From NCBI GenBank assembly GCA_021780225.1, contig JAJXZF010000017.1, positions 13,152-77,151 of the forward strand: a stretch of 64,000 nucleotides of DNA, read 5' to 3'. This document shows positions 10,569 through 20,672 of the stretch, piece after piece. Each line of letters begins with the position of its first letter. Positions within the stretch are counted from its first letter, which is position 1. The notes under the pieces are model-generated. The model made no database searches. It saw only the letters and a program-made list of their open reading frames with translations, and had not been told where the DNA came from. Both the position numbers and the translations under genes were made by a program. The stretch comes from Deltaproteobacteria bacterium. Its GTDB lineage: Bacteria > Desulfobacterota > Binatia > Binatales > Binataceae.

Positions 10569-10689
10569 GCATCTCCTCCGCGGCCGCGCGGCTCCTTGCG
10601 GCGCTCGCGGCGGCTTGACCATCGAGGCTAGGCGACGGCTCCCGCTTCGTAAAGCGATCAATTGCCCGGGTCTCGCCGCGCGGCGTTAA

Positions 10690-12078
10690 TCATCCCGGCG
10701 CCGCCGGCCCGGCCGGCGCGTTCGCCATCAGGCGGGTGGCGTAGGGCATCAGCGTCGCCATCAGGTTCACCTGCGAATCCAGCGTTTTGCCCAGCCCGCT
10801 CATCAGGCCCAGCACGCGATTCACCAGCAGCACGTCGGCCGGCACTTCGACGATTGGATTGGCGCGCAGCGCGCGCGGCAGCTCTTCGGAAAACTCCTTG
10901 ACCAGCGCCGCGTCGGCGTAAGCGCGATTGCGCTTGATGCTGTTGCCGAGAAAAACGCCGGCGAGCGTCAGCAGCGTTTCCGGCGACTCGTCGCGCGTGC
11001 GAAAGCCCAGCGCGCGGAACGCGGCGACGATCGCGTCGCGATTCGTGGTCAAGATCGCGAAGGTCAGCCGCACCATCGCGTCGCGGAAGACCGGCGGGAA
11101 ATCTTTCGCCAGCCCGAAGTCGAGCAGCACAATCCGCGGCCCCGGCTGCACCAGGATATTGCCCGGATGCGGATCGGCGTGGAAAAAGCCGTCGCGCAGA
11201 ATCTGTTCCGTGAAAATCTCGATCAGCTTCTGCGCCACCGCGCGCTTGTCGATGCCCGCGCGCTCCAGCGCCGCGACGTCGGTCACTTTGATTCCGTCAA
11301 CCAACTCCATCGTGAGCACGCGCCGCGTGGAAAGATCGTGATAGACGCGCGGCGCCACGACCGCGTCGTCGGCCGCGAAGTTGCGCGCGATCGTCTCGCA
11401 GTTGCGCGCCTCGTTGAGGAAATCCAGCTCCATCGGGATGTACTTCAGGAGCTCGCGGGCAAGCGGACGGAAATCGAATTCCCGCTCGATCAACGCGAGC
11501 AGCCGCAAGGTGAAGGTCAGGTTGCGCAGGTCGGCCGCGACCACCGACTCGATTTGCGGATACTGCACCTTAACCGCGCATCGGCGGCCGTCGCGGGCGG
11601 TCGCGCGATGCACCTGTGCGAGCGAGGCGGCCGCGATCGGCGTCTCGTCAAAGTCGGCGAACGCATGCTCGAGCGGGCGGCCAAGCTCCCGTTCGATCTG
11701 ATCGCGGATTATCGGGAACGGCCGCGCCGGCACGCGGTCGTGCAATTGGCCGAGCGTATCGATCCATTCGTCGGGCAGAATATCGGCGCGGGTTGCGATA
11801 AACTGGCTCGCCTTGATCAGCAGGCCTTCCAGCCTGACCGAGGCGCGATACAGCGCCCGCGCCGCGCGCGCGTCCTGACGGCGATAGCGAGCCTCTTTTT
11901 TCGCGTCGCCCGCCAGCCGCGACCATAGCTGGATCGCCTTGTACGGCGCATAGATGTACGCGGCCAGCCATATCACGCTGGCGAAACGGCGGGCGCGTGT
12001 GACGGGTCCGAGCGGCCGATGCGCGGTGAAGCGAGCCGGTCCGGCGCCGGCGGAGGTGTGATCGGAGGCGTTCAATTC
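10690..12078 (-). CDS. ubiB: ABC1/UbiB family protein kinase (AarF-domain)
   Basis: The C-terminal ~440 aa of the 739-aa ORF match the ABC1 kinase pattern (IKASQFIATRADILPDEWIDTLGQLHDRVP; AAASLAQVHRA; FFHADPHPGNILV; LLDFGL). There is no in-frame ATG between the conserved core and the divergent gene at 12118, so the start is probably TTG near 12076 (approximate). Confidence 0.75.
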   Translation of the reverse strand, partial: ELNASDHTSAGAGPARFTAHRPLGPVTRARRFASVIWLAAYIYAPYKAIQLWSRLAGDAKKEARYRRQDARAARALYRASVRLEGLLIKASQFIATRADILPDEWIDTLGQLHDRVPARPFPIIRDQIERELGRPLEHAFADFDETPIAAASLAQVHRATARDGRRCAVKVQYPQIESVVAADLRNLTFTLRLLALIEREFDFRPLARELLKYIPMELDFLNEARNCETIARNFAADDAVVAPRVYHDLSTRRVLTMELVDGIKVTDVAALERAGIDKRAVAQKLIEIFTEQILRDGFFHADPHPGNILVQPGPRIVLLDFGLAKDFPPVFRDAMVRLTFAILTTNRDAIVAAFRALGFRTRDESPETLLTLAGVFLGNSIKRNRAYADAALVKEFSEELPRALRANPIVEVPADVLLVNRVLGLMSGLGKTLDSQVNLMATLMPYATRLMANAPAGPAAPG

Positions 12079-12117
12079 AGGCGGCGCGGAACTTTTGCGC
12101 CCTGACCAGTCTAAACG

Positions 12118-13446
12118 ATGGCGACCAGCGGGAAAATCGCGTCGCGCGGCGCGGACGAGCGGATCGGCGCCGCGCCATTGCCGGCCGCGGCCTCGATTAT
12201 CTGCCGCTACTATTCGGTCTGGGCGATCTACGCCTTTGGCGGCGGCTTTCTCTACGGTGTTTACCCGTTGTTCCTGCGTTCGCGGGGACTTTCGCAGTTC
12301 GAGATGAACAGCGTGCTCGCGACCTATTTCGCGGTCACGTTCATGACCGACGTGCCGACCGGCGCCTTCGCCGACGCGTTCGGCCGCCGGCGCGCGTTCG
12401 TCCTCGGATGCGTGCTGCGGGCGTCGGCCTTCTTGCTCTACTTTTTCGCGCATCGCTACGCCGTTTTTCTCGTCGCGGAAGCGATCGACGGCGTCGGCAC
12501 CACCTTCTGCAACGGCGCGATCGATGCGTGGGGCGTGGACGCGCTCGATGACGCCGGCTTTACGGGACTGAAAGACCGGCTCTTTTCGCGCATCTCGCAG
12601 TTCACCAACCTCGGCTTCATGCTCTCCGCGATCGTCGGCGCCTGGGTCGGCAGTTACAACCTCGCGTGGCCGTGGCTGCTTGGCGCCGCGGGCTATCTCC
12701 TGAGCGCGATGGCGGGCCGGCTGATGATGGACGAGCCGCGGCGCTCCCGGACGTTGAGCCGCCCGCATGAAGCGGTCGTCACAACCGTGGCGAGACGTAT
12801 CGGCCGCGGCTTTCGCATAGGCTTCGCCAACCGGGCGATTTTCATCCTGAGCCTCGCCAATGGTGCCTTTTTCGCCGCGTGGGCGCCGTCGTGGCTCGAA
12901 TGGCCGCAATTCTTCGCCGACGCGTACCGAAGGGGACCGTGGATCGTCGGGTGGATTTACGCGCTCTTCACGATTGCGCGGATGGCCGGGGCCGAGGCGG
13001 TTGTGCGAAGCGGCTTCGGTCCGGAGGCGCGGGCGCGAATTCTGACGGCCACCGCGCTGACGGTCGCGATCGCCTTTGTGGCGGCGTGGCTCGCCTCCGG
13101 GCGGACGAACGCGGCGCTTGGATGCTTTGTCGCGATGAATCTCGGAATCGGCGCGTTGCTGCCGATGGCGCAGAGTTGGTTCAACGCGGAGATTGGTGCG
13201 GCCGATCGCGCCACGCTGCTGTCGTTCAACAGCACGTTCGCAACGATGGGCGCGGCGACGGGCCTGCTAACCACGGGCGCTTTCGCCGACGTTCACGGAA
13301 TCCCGGCGGTATGGGCCGTTTCAGGCGTGATCATGCTGTTCACGGCGCCGCTATTTTTGCTGCTATCGCGGTTCGCGTCGCGCTCGCGCGGCCGCGCAGG
13401 GGCATTTTCAGTCTCAAGCGACGGCGGCCCCAATCTCGAGGCATAA
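12118..13446 (+). CDS. MFS transporter
   Basis: 442 aa, 12 predicted TM segments, with MFS signature-like GAFADAFGRRRAF after TM2. Divergent from the ubiB-like gene. Confidence 0.85.
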   Translation: MATSGKIASRGADERIGAAPLPAAASIICRYYSVWAIYAFGGGFLYGVYPLFLRSRGLSQFEMNSVLATYFAVTFMTDVPTGAFADAFGRRRAFVLGCVLRASAFLLYFFAHRYAVFLVAEAIDGVGTTFCNGAIDAWGVDALDDAGFTGLKDRLFSRISQFTNLGFMLSAIVGAWVGSYNLAWPWLLGAAGYLLSAMAGRLMMDEPRRSRTLSRPHEAVVTTVARRIGRGFRIGFANRAIFILSLANGAFFAAWAPSWLEWPQFFADAYRRGPWIVGWIYALFTIARMAGAEAVVRSGFGPEARARILTATALTVAIAFVAAWLASGRTNAALGCFVAMNLGIGALLPMAQSWFNAEIGAADRATLLSFNSTFATMGAATGLLTTGAFADVHGIPAVWAVSGVIMLFTAPLFLLLSRFASRSRGRAGAFSVSSDGGPNLEA

Positions 13447-13521
13447 AAATTCGCGCGTCGACGGGAGTGGTCGATACGACCACAAGGAGTCTTCGAGGAC
13501 AGCCAGACTGAATCCTTTCCC

Positions 13522-13639
13522 GGTCATGGCCGGACTTGATCCGGCCATCGATCTGCGCCGGCAAACTCCGCTGTTTGTCCTAAAAAGAGAGGGTGGAATA
13601 AAAAATTTCGGGATTCTTCGGCTGCGCCTCAGAATGACA
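13522..13639. repeat. composite intergenic palindromic repeat, locus A: hairpin GGTCATGGCCGGACTTGATCCGGCCATC plus module GGGATTCTTCGGCTGCGCCTCAGAATGACA
   Basis: Perfect inverted repeat GGCCGGA/TCCGGCC at 13522-13549. Near-identical copy at 34139-34167. Second module at 13610-13639 is shared with 47239-47274. Non-coding; it only yields the spurious peptide MAGLDPAIDL. Confidence 0.7.
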
Positions 13640-13807
13640 AACGGCGCCCGTGGCGGCGGCATCGCCGCCACCGGACATGGCCGGACGCAGGCTTTCGTGC
13701 AGACCAGCGACGGCGGGTCGGCTATACTGGCGGATACGCGCCGCGTCGGTTAAAAATACAAGTTCGGCGCGCGCTTTCGACGCAACCGGGACGGGCCGGC
13801 GACTACG

Positions 13808-15016
13808 ATGGAATTTCCCAGAATCAAGCGACTTCCGCCCTATGTTTTCAACGCGATCGGCGAATTGTGCCTCAAGGCGCGCCGCGCCGGCGAGGACATT
13901 ATCGATTTCGGGATGGGCAATCCCGACGATCCTACGCCTCCGCATATCGTCGCCAAGCTGGTCGAAGCCGCGGCCAAGCCGCCCAACCATCGCTATTCCG
14001 TCTCGCGCGGCGTTTACAAGCTCAGGCTCGCGATCTGCGATTGGTACAAGCGGCGTTACGGCGCGGAATTCGACCCCGATTCCGAAGCGATCGTGACGAT
14101 CGGCTCCAAGGAGGGCATCGCCCATCTGGCGCTCGCGATCCTCGATCAGGGCGACGTGGTGATCGCGCCCACGCCGACCTATCCGATCCATCAGTACGGA
14201 TGCGTGATCGCGGGCGCGCAGGTGCAGGGCGTGCCGCTGCGCAACGGCGACGAATTTTTCGACGAGATGATGGCGGTCGTCAGCCGCTGCTGGCCGCGTC
14301 CGAAGCTGCTGATCATCAGCTTCCCGCATAATCCGACCACCGCGATCGTCAACCTCGGCTTCATGAAGCGGGTGGTCGATTTCGCCCGCGAGCACGGCAT
14401 CCTTGTGGTTCACGATTTCGCCTACGCCGACCTCTGCTTCGACGGCTACAAGGCGCCCTCGATCATGGAAGTGCCGGGGGCGCGCGAGGTCGCGGTCGAA
14501 TTCTTCACGCTCTCGAAGAGCTACAACATGCCCGGATGGCGCGTCGGCTTCGCGGTCGGGAATCGCGAGATGATCGCGGCGCTGTCGCGGCTCAAATCCT
14601 ATTTCGACTACGGGATGTTCGCGCCCGTGCAGGTCGCGGCGATTGCGGCGCTCAACGGACCGCAGGATTGCGTGACCGAGATCGTCGCGAATTACCGCCG
14701 CCGGCGCGACGTGCTGGTCGACGGGTTGAATCGCGCCGGATGGCCGCTGGAGAAGCCGCGCGCCACGATGTTCGTGTGGGCGCCGATTCCTGAGGCGCTG
14801 CGTCCGATGGGCTCGCTCGAATTCGCCAAGTTTCTGCTGGCCGAGGCGAAAGTCGCGGTTTCGCCGGGTGTCGGTTTCGGCGCCGACGGCGACGAATTCG
14901 TGCGCTTCGCGCTGATCGAAAACGAGCATCGCACGCGCCAGGCGCTGCGCGGGATCAAACAAGCGCTCAGCCGCGCGCCGCAAGTGACGCCGCTGCGGCG
15001 GATGGCCGGCGCCTGA
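13808..15016 (+). CDS. class I/II pyridoxal-phosphate-dependent aminotransferase (AlaC/AspC-like)
   Basis: 402 aa. N-terminus [44 protein letters not shown]; PLP-lysine region [16 protein letters not shown]. First gene of an operon continuing into hom and thrC. Confidence 0.9.
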   Translation: MEFPRIKRLPPYVFNAIGELCLKARRAGEDIIDFGMGNPDDPTPPHIVAKLVEAAAKPPNHRYSVSRGVYKLRLAICDWYKRRYGAEFDPDSEAIVTIGSKEGIAHLALAILDQGDVVIAPTPTYPIHQYGCVIAGAQVQGVPLRNGDEFFDEMMAVVSRCWPRPKLLIISFPHNPTTAIVNLGFMKRVVDFAREHGILVVHDFAYADLCFDGYKAPSIMEVPGAREVAVEFFTLSKSYNMPGWRVGFAVGNREMIAALSRLKSYFDYGMFAPVQVAAIAALNGPQDCVTEIVANYRRRRDVLVDGLNRAGWPLEKPRATMFVWAPIPEALRPMGSLEFAKFLLAEAKVAVSPGVGFGADGDEFVRFALIENEHRTRQALRGIKQALSRAPQVTPLRRMAGA

Positions 15017-16383
15017 TGGCGCGCCCGCGCGCGCTTCGCCGCGACATCCCGCCCACTCCGCGGAACGCTCCGGTGAAACCGATACGGATAGCCCTGCTCG
15101 GATGCGGCACCGTCGGCGAGGGCTTCGTGCGGCTGATGCGGCGCAACGCGGCGATGTTCGAGCGGCGGCTGGGCGCGCCGCTGGAGCTGGCTGGCGTGGC
15201 CGACCGCAGCCTCAAGCCCATCCCGGAACTCGGAATCGGCAGGGAATTGATTGTCCGCGACGGCGCGGCTCTGGTCGAACGGCCCGACGTCGATATCGTC
15301 GTCGAATTGTTCGGCGGCCACGAGCCTGCGCGCACGCTCGCGCTCAAGGCGCTCGGCGCCGGCAAGGACGTGGTCACCGCGAACAAGGCGCTGCTGGCCG
15401 AGCATGGCGCGGAGATTTTCGGCGCGGCGGCGAAGGCCGGATTGGCGGTCGGCTTCGAAGCCAGCGTCGGCGGCGGCGTGCCGATTATCCGCACCCTGCG
15501 CGAGGCGCTGGCCGGCGATCGGCAACGTGCGGTCTATGGCATCGTCAACGGCACCTGCAACTCGATTCTGAGCATGATGACCGACGCCGGGCGCGAATTC
15601 GCCGACGCGCTCGCCGAGGCGCAACGCGCGGGACTGGCCGAGGCCGATCCCACCCTCGATATCGACGGCCACGACGCCGCGCACAAACTCTGCTTGCTGG
15701 TGACGCTCGCTTTCGGCGTGCTGCTGGAGCCGCGCCGGGTCTATACCGAAGGAATCCGGCGGCTGACGCTGGCCGATATCAATTTCGCGCGCGAGCTTGG
15801 CTATGTCGTCAAGCTGCTGGCGATCGCCAAGGACGATGACGGCGCGATCGAGGCGCGGGTGCATCCGACGATGGTCCCGGCGCGGCATCTGTTGGCCGGC
15901 GTGGGCGGCGCCTACAACGCCATCTTCATCCACGGCGAGGCGCTTGGCTCGAGCATGTATTTCGGGCAGGGCGCGGGCCAGATGCCGACGGCGACGGCGG
16001 TGATGGCCGACGTGCTGGAGATCGCGCGTCATCGCGCGGCCGGGGCGCGCGGCGCCGGAGCGCCCGCGCTGGGCTACCCGATGCCGCATCTGAAGCGCGC
16101 GCGTGTCAAGCCGATGGACGACGTGGTATGCGAGTACTATCTGCGTTTCATGGCGCGGGACCGGCCGGGCGTGCTGGGCGCGATCGCATCGATCCTCGGC
16201 CGCAACGGCATCTCGATCGTCTCGGTGCTGCAGCATGGACGCGGAATCGAAACCACGGTGCCGGTGATTATGCGCACGCACGAAGCGCCCGAACGCAACC
16301 TGAAACGCGCCCTGCGCGCGATCGGCAGGCTCAAGATGGTCGCGGGCGATCCGGTCTATATCCGAATTCAGGAGCGGTTCTAG
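15016..16383 (+). CDS. hom: homoserine dehydrogenase
   Basis: NAD-binding [13 protein letters not shown]; catalytic domain [24 protein letters not shown]; C-terminal ACT domain. The ATG overlaps the stop of the aminotransferase gene; the true start could be the downstream GTG ([10 protein letters not shown]). Confidence 0.9.
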   Translation: MARPRALRRDIPPTPRNAPVKPIRIALLGCGTVGEGFVRLMRRNAAMFERRLGAPLELAGVADRSLKPIPELGIGRELIVRDGAALVERPDVDIVVELFGGHEPARTLALKALGAGKDVVTANKALLAEHGAEIFGAAAKAGLAVGFEASVGGGVPIIRTLREALAGDRQRAVYGIVNGTCNSILSMMTDAGREFADALAEAQRAGLAEADPTLDIDGHDAAHKLCLLVTLAFGVLLEPRRVYTEGIRRLTLADINFARELGYVVKLLAIAKDDDGAIEARVHPTMVPARHLLAGVGGAYNAIFIHGEALGSSMYFGQGAGQMPTATAVMADVLEIARHRAAGARGAGAPALGYPMPHLKRARVKPMDDVVCEYYLRFMARDRPGVLGAIASILGRNGISIVSVLQHGRGIETTVPVIMRTHEAPERNLKRALRAIGRLKMVAGDPVYIRIQERF

Positions 16384-16387
16384 ACCG

Positions 16388-17485
16388 ATGACGGAGACTC
16401 ACAAAGCGGCGGCGGGCGCGCGGCTGGTGCGATGGCCCGGTCTGATCGAACACTACCGGCGCTTCCTGCCGGTCACGCACGCGACGCCCGTGGTTACGCT
16501 CAACGAGGGCGCCACGCCGCTGATCGAGGCGCCGGCGCTGGCCGATCGGATCGGCCGCGGCGTCAAGGTCCATCTGAAATACGAAGGCGCGAATCCCACC
16601 GGCTCGTTCAAAGACCGCGGGATGACGGTCGCGATGAGCAAGGCGCTCGGCGAGGGCGCGCGGGTCGTGATCTGCGCCTCGACCGGCAACACCTCCGCTT
16701 CGGCCGCGGCGTACGCCGGCCGCGCGGGCCTGCAGGCCTGCGTGCTGATTCCCAGGGGCGCCGTCGCGCTGGGCAAGCTGTCGCAGTCGCTGATGCACGG
16801 GGCGAAGGTGATCGAAGTGATCGGCAACTTCGATATCTGCCTCAAGGTGGTGCGCGACGTGGCCGAGCGGAACCCGGTGCGGATCCGGCTGGTCAACAGC
16901 GTCAATCCCGATCGAATCGCCGGTCAGAAGACCGGCGCGTTCGAGGTTTGCGATCAGCTCGGCGACGCGCCGACGCATCATTTTTTGCCGGTCGGCAACG
17001 CCGGAAACATCACCGCCTATTGGGCCGGATATCGCGAATACGAGGCAGCCGGACTGTCGCATCGCCTGCCCAAAATGATGGGTTATCAGGCGGCGGGTTC
17101 GGCGCCGATCGTCGAGGGCCATCCGATCGACGATCCGCATACGGTCGCGACCGCGATCAAGATCGGCAATCCGGCGAGCTGGAAGAGCGCGACCGATGCG
17201 CGCGACGAATCCGGCGGACTGATCGACGTCGTGACCGACGCCGAGATTCTTGCGGCCTACCGGCTGATCGCCACCATGGGCGTTTTCGCCGAGCCGGCGT
17301 CGGCGGCGTCGGTCGCGGGCCTGTTGAAATTCGGCGCGAGCGGCGGACTCAAGCCCGGCTCGGTCGCGGTCTGCACGCTGACGGGACATGGCCTGAAAGA
17401 TCCGGACACCGCGCTCAAGAATTTGGGCAATACGATCGTCGTCGAACCCGATATCGACAAGGTGCTGAAGATTATCGAAGGCTGA
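16388..17485 (+). CDS. thrC: threonine synthase
   Basis: 365 aa with PLP-lysine motif [18 protein letters not shown]. Begins 5 nt after the hom stop. Confidence 0.9.
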   Translation: MTETHKAAAGARLVRWPGLIEHYRRFLPVTHATPVVTLNEGATPLIEAPALADRIGRGVKVHLKYEGANPTGSFKDRGMTVAMSKALGEGARVVICASTGNTSASAAAYAGRAGLQACVLIPRGAVALGKLSQSLMHGAKVIEVIGNFDICLKVVRDVAERNPVRIRLVNSVNPDRIAGQKTGAFEVCDQLGDAPTHHFLPVGNAGNITAYWAGYREYEAAGLSHRLPKMMGYQAAGSAPIVEGHPIDDPHTVATAIKIGNPASWKSATDARDESGGLIDVVTDAEILAAYRLIATMGVFAEPASAASVAGLLKFGASGGLKPGSVAVCTLTGHGLKDPDTALKNLGNTIVVEPDIDKVLKIIEG

Positions 17486-17505
17486 GCGCCGGGCGGGAGC
17501 GATTC

Positions 17506-18723
17506 GTGAAATACGTGATCATTCATGGCGACGGGATGGCCGACTGGCCGTGCGAGGAGTTGGGCGGCCGCACGCCGCTGGAGGCCGCGCGCAAACCCAA
17601 TATGGATTCGATCGCGGCGCGCGGCCGGCTCGGGATGGTCGCGACGATACCGAACGGAATGCCGCCGGGCAGCGACGTCGGCACGATGACGATGCTGGGT
17701 TACGACCCCGCGCGCTACCATACCGGGCGCGCGCCGATCGAAGCCGCCAGCATGGGAATCGCGCTCGGGCCAGACGACGTTGTTTTTCGGATGAACCTCG
17801 TGGCGCTGGCGGCGGGAGCGGACGGCGCGCCGGCGATGCTCGATTTCACGTCGGGCCATATCACCAGCGAAGAAGCGGCGCAGGTCGTCGCGGATCTGCG
17901 CGCCGCGCTGGCGGGCGACGGAATCGAATTTTTCAACGGCGTCAGCTACCGCCATCTGATGGTCTGGCGCAACGGCGAGCCCGGCTCGAAGCTTACGCCG
18001 CCGCACGATATCACCGGGAAACCCGTCGCGGGCCATCTGCCGGAAGGTCCCGGCGCGGACCGGCTGCGCGGCCTGACTGCGCGCGCGGCGGCGATTCTGA
18101 AGGACCATCCGGTGAACCGCGCGCGGCGCGCAGCGGGGAAATGCGCAGCGACCGACGTCTGGTTCTGGGGCCAGGGCAAACGGCCTGCGGTGCCGACCCT
18201 GCGCGCGCGCTTCGGCGTCGAGGGTTCGGTCATTTCCGCCGTCGATTTGGTGAACGGCCTCGGCCGTCTGGCCGGCCTTGAATTGATCAAGGTGCCGGGC
18301 GCGACCGGCTATCTCGACACCGACTACGCCGCAAAGGGCCGCTATGGAATCGACGCGCTCCGGCGGCGCGACTTTCTGCTGCTGCATATCGAGGCGCCGG
18401 ACGAAGCCGGCCACATGGGCCGCGCCGATCTCAAGGCCGAAGCGATCGAGCGAATCGACGAGTTGATCATCGGACCGATGCTGCGCGCGCTGCCGGAGTT
18501 CGGCGACTGGGCGCTGCTGCTGATGCCCGACCACGCGACGCCGTCAAAACTGAAAACTCATTCGAGCGAACCGGTGCCATTTGCGATAATTCGCGCGGGC
18601 GACAATGGCGGCGACGCGGGACGGCGCTATACCGAGGCCGCCGCGGCGCAGACCGGAATCGCAGTGCGCGCCGGCTACAAGCTGATCGAAGCGCTGTTCG
18701 GCGCGGCGCTGGCCGCCGGATGA
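17506..18723 (+). CDS. cofactor-independent phosphoglycerate mutase, archaeal-type (ApgM-like metalloenzyme), a candidate alternative homoserine kinase
   Basis: GTG start at 17506 (VKYVIIHGDGMADWPCEELGGRTPLE) with GGGAG 8 nt upstream, 20 nt after the thrC stop. ApgM/PhosphMutase plus metalloenzyme-domain motifs (MPDHATP, HIEAPDEAGH). The 763-aa ORF 16432..18723 is this gene plus an out-of-frame extension through thrC. Confidence 0.85.
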   Translation: MKYVIIHGDGMADWPCEELGGRTPLEAARKPNMDSIAARGRLGMVATIPNGMPPGSDVGTMTMLGYDPARYHTGRAPIEAASMGIALGPDDVVFRMNLVALAAGADGAPAMLDFTSGHITSEEAAQVVADLRAALAGDGIEFFNGVSYRHLMVWRNGEPGSKLTPPHDITGKPVAGHLPEGPGADRLRGLTARAAAILKDHPVNRARRAAGKCAATDVWFWGQGKRPAVPTLRARFGVEGSVISAVDLVNGLGRLAGLELIKVPGATGYLDTDYAAKGRYGIDALRRRDFLLLHIEAPDEAGHMGRADLKAEAIERIDELIIGPMLRALPEFGDWALLLMPDHATPSKLKTHSSEPVPFAIIRAGDNGGDAGRRYTEAAAAQTGIAVRAGYKLIEALFGAALAAG

Positions 18724-18764
18724 TCGCGCTATAATAACGCCCAACACGGACAAGGAGCGCGGCG

Positions 18765-19718
18765 ATGGAGCGAAACCTGGCGCTGGAGGTGGTGCGCGCG
18801 ACCGAGGCCGCGGCGCTGGCCGCCGCGCGCTTTATCGGCAAGGGCGACGAGCGGATGGCGGATCGGGTCGCGGCCGAGGCGATGCGCAACACGCTCAACT
18901 CGATCGCGATGGACGGCAAGATCGTCGTCGGCGAAGGCGATCAGGGCGCGACCGACCTGCTCTATGCGGGCGAGATTGTCGGCACCGGCGCGGGACCCGA
19001 AGTCGATGTGGCGCTGGACGGGCTCGAAGGCTCGCTCATCTGCGCGACCGGCGGACCGAACGCGCTCTCCTGCGTCGCGCTGGCCGAGCGCGGCAAGATT
19101 CTGCGCTGCCCGGACACCTACATGGACAAAATCGCCTGCGGGCCGCTCGGGCGCGGAATTATCGATATCGACAAGTCGCCGACCGATAATCTGCGGGCGC
19201 TGGCCGAGGCGAAAAAAGTTTACGTCGAGGATTTGCGCGTCGCGATTCTCGATCGGCCGCGCCACGAAAAATTGATTTCCGAAGTGCGCCGCGCCGGCGC
19301 CGGAATCAAGTTGCTGACCGCCGGCGATCTCTCCGCGGCGATCGCCACCACCCGCCCCGAAAGCGAAATCGATTTGCTGATCGGCGTCGGCGGAGCGCAT
19401 CAGGGCGTGCTCGCGGCCGCCGCGATCCGCTCGGCCGGGGGCGAGATGCAATGCCGCTTCGCGCCGCGCAATGAGCGCGAAGCCGAAGAGTGCCTCGCCG
19501 CGGGAATTCTCGATCTGCGCCGGCGCTACCCGCTCGATGAAATCGCGGGCGACGACGTGATGTTCGCGGCGACGGGAGTGACCACCGGCGATTATCTGCG
19601 CGGAGTGCGTTTCTTCTCGGGCGGCGCGATGACCAACAGCGTCGTGATGCGCTCCAAGACGCGCACGATCCGCTTCATCGAAGCGATCCATCACTTCGAC
19701 TTCAAGCCGGAGTATTGA
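18765..19718 (+). CDS. glpX: fructose-1,6-bisphosphatase, class II
   Basis: 317 aa with GlpX motifs (MDGKIVVGEGDQGATDLLYAGEIVGTG; IGVGGAHQGVLAAAAIR). 41 nt downstream of the apgM-like gene. Confidence 0.9.
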   Translation: MERNLALEVVRATEAAALAAARFIGKGDERMADRVAAEAMRNTLNSIAMDGKIVVGEGDQGATDLLYAGEIVGTGAGPEVDVALDGLEGSLICATGGPNALSCVALAERGKILRCPDTYMDKIACGPLGRGIIDIDKSPTDNLRALAEAKKVYVEDLRVAILDRPRHEKLISEVRRAGAGIKLLTAGDLSAAIATTRPESEIDLLIGVGGAHQGVLAAAAIRSAGGEMQCRFAPRNEREAEECLAAGILDLRRRYPLDEIAGDDVMFAATGVTTGDYLRGVRFFSGGAMTNSVVMRSKTRTIRFIEAIHHFDFKPEY

Positions 19719-19733
19719 GCGAACGGGCGCGGC

Positions 19734-20603
19734 TCAGCGGGGCGCGAGCGCTTCGATCACGCGCATGTCGGGCAGGCGCCCGCCGTCAACGCTGAGCGGG
19801 ATGATATAGACGTGATCGGCGCCGGCCTCGTAGTGGGCGCGAATGCGATCATGAAGCACGCCTTCGCCGCCCCAGGCGATTACCGCGTCGAGCAGGCGAT
19901 CGCTGCCGCCGTCGCGCATGTCGTTATCGTCAAATCCCATCGAGGCGAAATAGCGCCGATAAGGCGGCGCGTTCAGATAAAAGCGCATGAAGACACGCAC
20001 GCCCGCGCGCGCCTTCGCCGCGTCGGTCTCGAGCATTACCATCTGTTGCGTCAGCAGCAGCTTGCCCGGACCCATCGCGCGGCGCATCGCGGCGACTCGC
20101 GAGGGCGGAGTGAGGGCGGTAATGACGCCGTCGCTTTGCTCAATCCCCAGCCGCAGCATTTTCGGCAATAGTCCCGCCAGCACGACCGGCGGCGCGTGCG
20201 CGGCTTCGGGCGCCTTGAACGGCCCGTTGCGGATTCCGTCGAGATACGCGCGCATGTAGCTGACCGGCTTATCGAATTTCAGGCCGTTGCGCGCCATGAA
20301 GGGGCCGGCGCTCACGCCAAGGCCGAGAATGAAGCGGCCGGGATAAAGTTCGGCGAGCGTGCGCGCCGCGGCGCCGGCGGCCATCGGCTCGCGTTTCCAT
20401 ACGTTGGCGATCGCGGTGCCGGCGATTAACCGTTCGCTCGCGCCGAGCACGTGCGCGGCCATCACGAAAGGGTCGCGGCCGAAGGTTTCGGGAATCCACA
20501 TGACCGAGTAGCCGAGCCGCTCGATCGCGGGAATGAAGCCGGCGATTTCGGGCGCCGTCATCGTGTCGAAATATGCAAGGATGCCGGGTTTGCGCAGATC
20601 CAT
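19734..20603 (-). CDS. LLM-class (luciferase-like) flavin-dependent oxidoreductase
   Basis: 289 aa with TIM-barrel LLM pattern (LGYSVMWIPETFGRDPFVMAAHVLGASERLIAGTAIANV). Convergent with glpX. Confidence 0.8.
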   Translation of the reverse strand: MDLRKPGILAYFDTMTAPEIAGFIPAIERLGYSVMWIPETFGRDPFVMAAHVLGASERLIAGTAIANVWKREPMAAGAAARTLAELYPGRFILGLGVSAGPFMARNGLKFDKPVSYMRAYLDGIRNGPFKAPEAAHAPPVVLAGLLPKMLRLGIEQSDGVITALTPPSRVAAMRRAMGPGKLLLTQQMVMLETDAAKARAGVRVFMRFYLNAPPYRRYFASMGFDDNDMRDGGSDRLLDAVIAWGGEGVLHDRIRAHYEAGADHVYIIPLSVDGGRLPDMRVIEALAPR

Positions 20604-20672
20604 TCAAAAAGCTCCGTGGGAAAAGAAGCTCGTAGCAGATCGGCGCGCGAGCGGTAAAACGGCGGCGCCGGC

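Noticed and set aside
10690-12909. Full 739-aa ORF taken as the UbiB-like protein
   Set aside because: Only the C-terminal ~440 aa match the ABC1 kinase family. The upstream 300 codons overlap the divergent MFS gene and are low-complexity. The start was set near 12076 (TTG) and is approximate.
13526-13753. 75-aa ORF MAGLDPAIDLRRQTPLFVLKREGG...
   Set aside because: This is a translation of the palindromic repeat element, a recurring spurious small-protein call of this kind of repeat, not a gene.
14692-16281. 529-aa minus-strand ORF antisense to hom, and a similar 352-aa ORF 16331..17389 antisense to thrC
   Set aside because: These are shadow ORFs opposite conserved biosynthetic genes. They have no motifs and low-complexity Arg-rich translations.
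16432-17505. N-terminal 358 codons of the 763-aa ORF 16432..18723
   Set aside because: This portion is an alternate frame through thrC and is Arg/Gly-rich. The real ApgM-like gene begins at GTG 17506, which has an SD and a conserved N-terminus (KYVIIHGDGMAD).
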